This document shows, one piece after another, positions 63,175-64,000 of a stretch of DNA of 64,000 bases (the first letter of the stretch is position 1; the number at the start of each line of letters is the position of its first letter). Source of the DNA: Takakia lepidozioides (taxonomy: Eukaryota; Plantae; Bryophyta). Location of the stretch: NCBI GenBank assembly GCA_030704615.1, contig CM060733.1, positions 37,634,001 through 37,698,000 on the forward strand, given 5' to 3'. A model generated the notes under the pieces. It made no database searches. It saw only the letters and a list, made by a program, of their open reading frames with translations, and had not been told where the DNA came from. A program made the position numbers and the translations under genes.

Positions 63175-63921
63175 TTATTTTGAAGCATCATATCTAAGAC
63201 ATTTAAAACCGTTGTCCTCAATAAAATCCCAGAGTGGGCTAAACTTGGGATCGTTTGAAACATTGGGAAAAAAACTCAACCCTATCCTTTTTTTCCTAAG
63301 ATAGCTTGAAACAGTGGGATGTTTCCTCATTCCAAGCAAATAGGTCTGAAGAACCTTGAGAAGATAGCAACCATCAGTCTCAACGGTCTGGAACAGTTTG
63401 AGAACAAGACATGAGTCGGGCGGGTTCAATACACACTTCATGGCGGTGTCGTCAATGAGCAGACTGTTACTCTTGGTGTATTGCCCACCAAATCCCTTCC
63501 AGACCTTGACCGGTGGCTTAAAAAACAAACGAGGAGGGTCCAATCGTGATTTGAATTGAGGGTGAACCGAAGCAGGGCATGAAATACAATCCTCTTGAGA
63601 CATAACGAAGGCCGGTTGAGGTAGACCACAAAGCAAAAAATCCAGGATGGGCTGCAAGTTCTTGTACATCATAGAGCTCCAAATCCCTAACCGGTAGTAT
63701 TTGTGCAACTCTGTCCACACTTCGCGATATTTCTCCCGTCTAAAGACAAGTCGGAATCCGACAAGAGCTGGAATTCTGTAGTCCGATTTTGAAAACCGGG
63801 GGATATTGTAGCTCTTCTGGTGCTTCAAGATTTTGCACAAGACTCCATTCGCGTCAAAAATAATCAAACGCAACCCTTGCGCAGGAGGAGAAACAGGTGC
63901 TCCAATCTGCCAGAGAGTCAT
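63175..63921 (-). CDS. Second FCP1-homology/NIF phosphatase-like ORF
   Basis: LIIFDANGVL...VFRREKY...LGIWSSMM...FVMSQEDC...FFKPPVKVW...YTKSNSLLIDDTAMKCVLNPPDSCL, in a 248-aa open frame. Confidence 0.8.
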   Translation of the reverse strand: MTLWQIGAPVSPPAQGLRLIIFDANGVLCKILKHQKSYNIPRFSKSDYRIPALVGFRLVFRREKYREVWTELHKYYRLGIWSSMMYKNLQPILDFLLCGLPQPAFVMSQEDCISCPASVHPQFKSRLDPPRLFFKPPVKVWKGFGGQYTKSNSLLIDDTAMKCVLNPPDSCLVLKLFQTVETDGCYLLKVLQTYLLGMRKHPTVSSYLRKKRIGLSFFPNVSNDPKFSPLWDFIEDNGFKCLRYDASK

Positions 63922-64000
63922 TCATACTTAGGATGATAAAAGGGAACAGTACAATGCATTGGAAAAACCGACACCAGGCAAGTGAACATAGTAGGATTTT

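Noticed and set aside
60531-63921. Endogenous giant-virus origin of the NIF phosphatases
   Set aside because: There are no viral hallmark genes in the window, the genes appear spliced, and the DxNG motif is like plant FCP1-homology proteins. A phylogeny would be needed to settle this.

Overview
This is eukaryotic nuclear DNA from a land plant, probably a bryophyte or other non-seed plant (inferred from the style of the PLS-DYW PPR and the repeats). A central island (18-34 kb) holds three intact genes that are probably plastid-related: a PLS-class DYW PPR RNA-editing factor (minus strand, likely with two extra 5' exons), the chloride channel CLC-e, and a histidine-phosphatase/CA1P-phosphatase-like gene. 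The flanks are dominated by CACTA (En/Spm) transposons carrying host gene pieces. On the left, a probable 6.3-kb Pack-CACTA (5698-12028) is filled with PPR fragments arranged as an inverted repeat, and the last fragment is fused in frame to the CACTA's own ORF end. On the right, a nest of CACTA elements (37.7-55 kb) contains fragments of Lin0512-family, COV1/LCV, PPR and RPS3a genes. Also present are a head-to-head pair of tRNA-derived SINEs just 3' of the PPR gene, a Ty3/Ginger-type integrase remnant, and a composite tandem repeat with Pol III-like boxes. The right end has an unusual module: a pol-less gag/capsid-like gene converging on two FCP1/NIF-type phosphatase-domain coding regions. All protein assignments come from recognising motifs by eye; no database searches were run.
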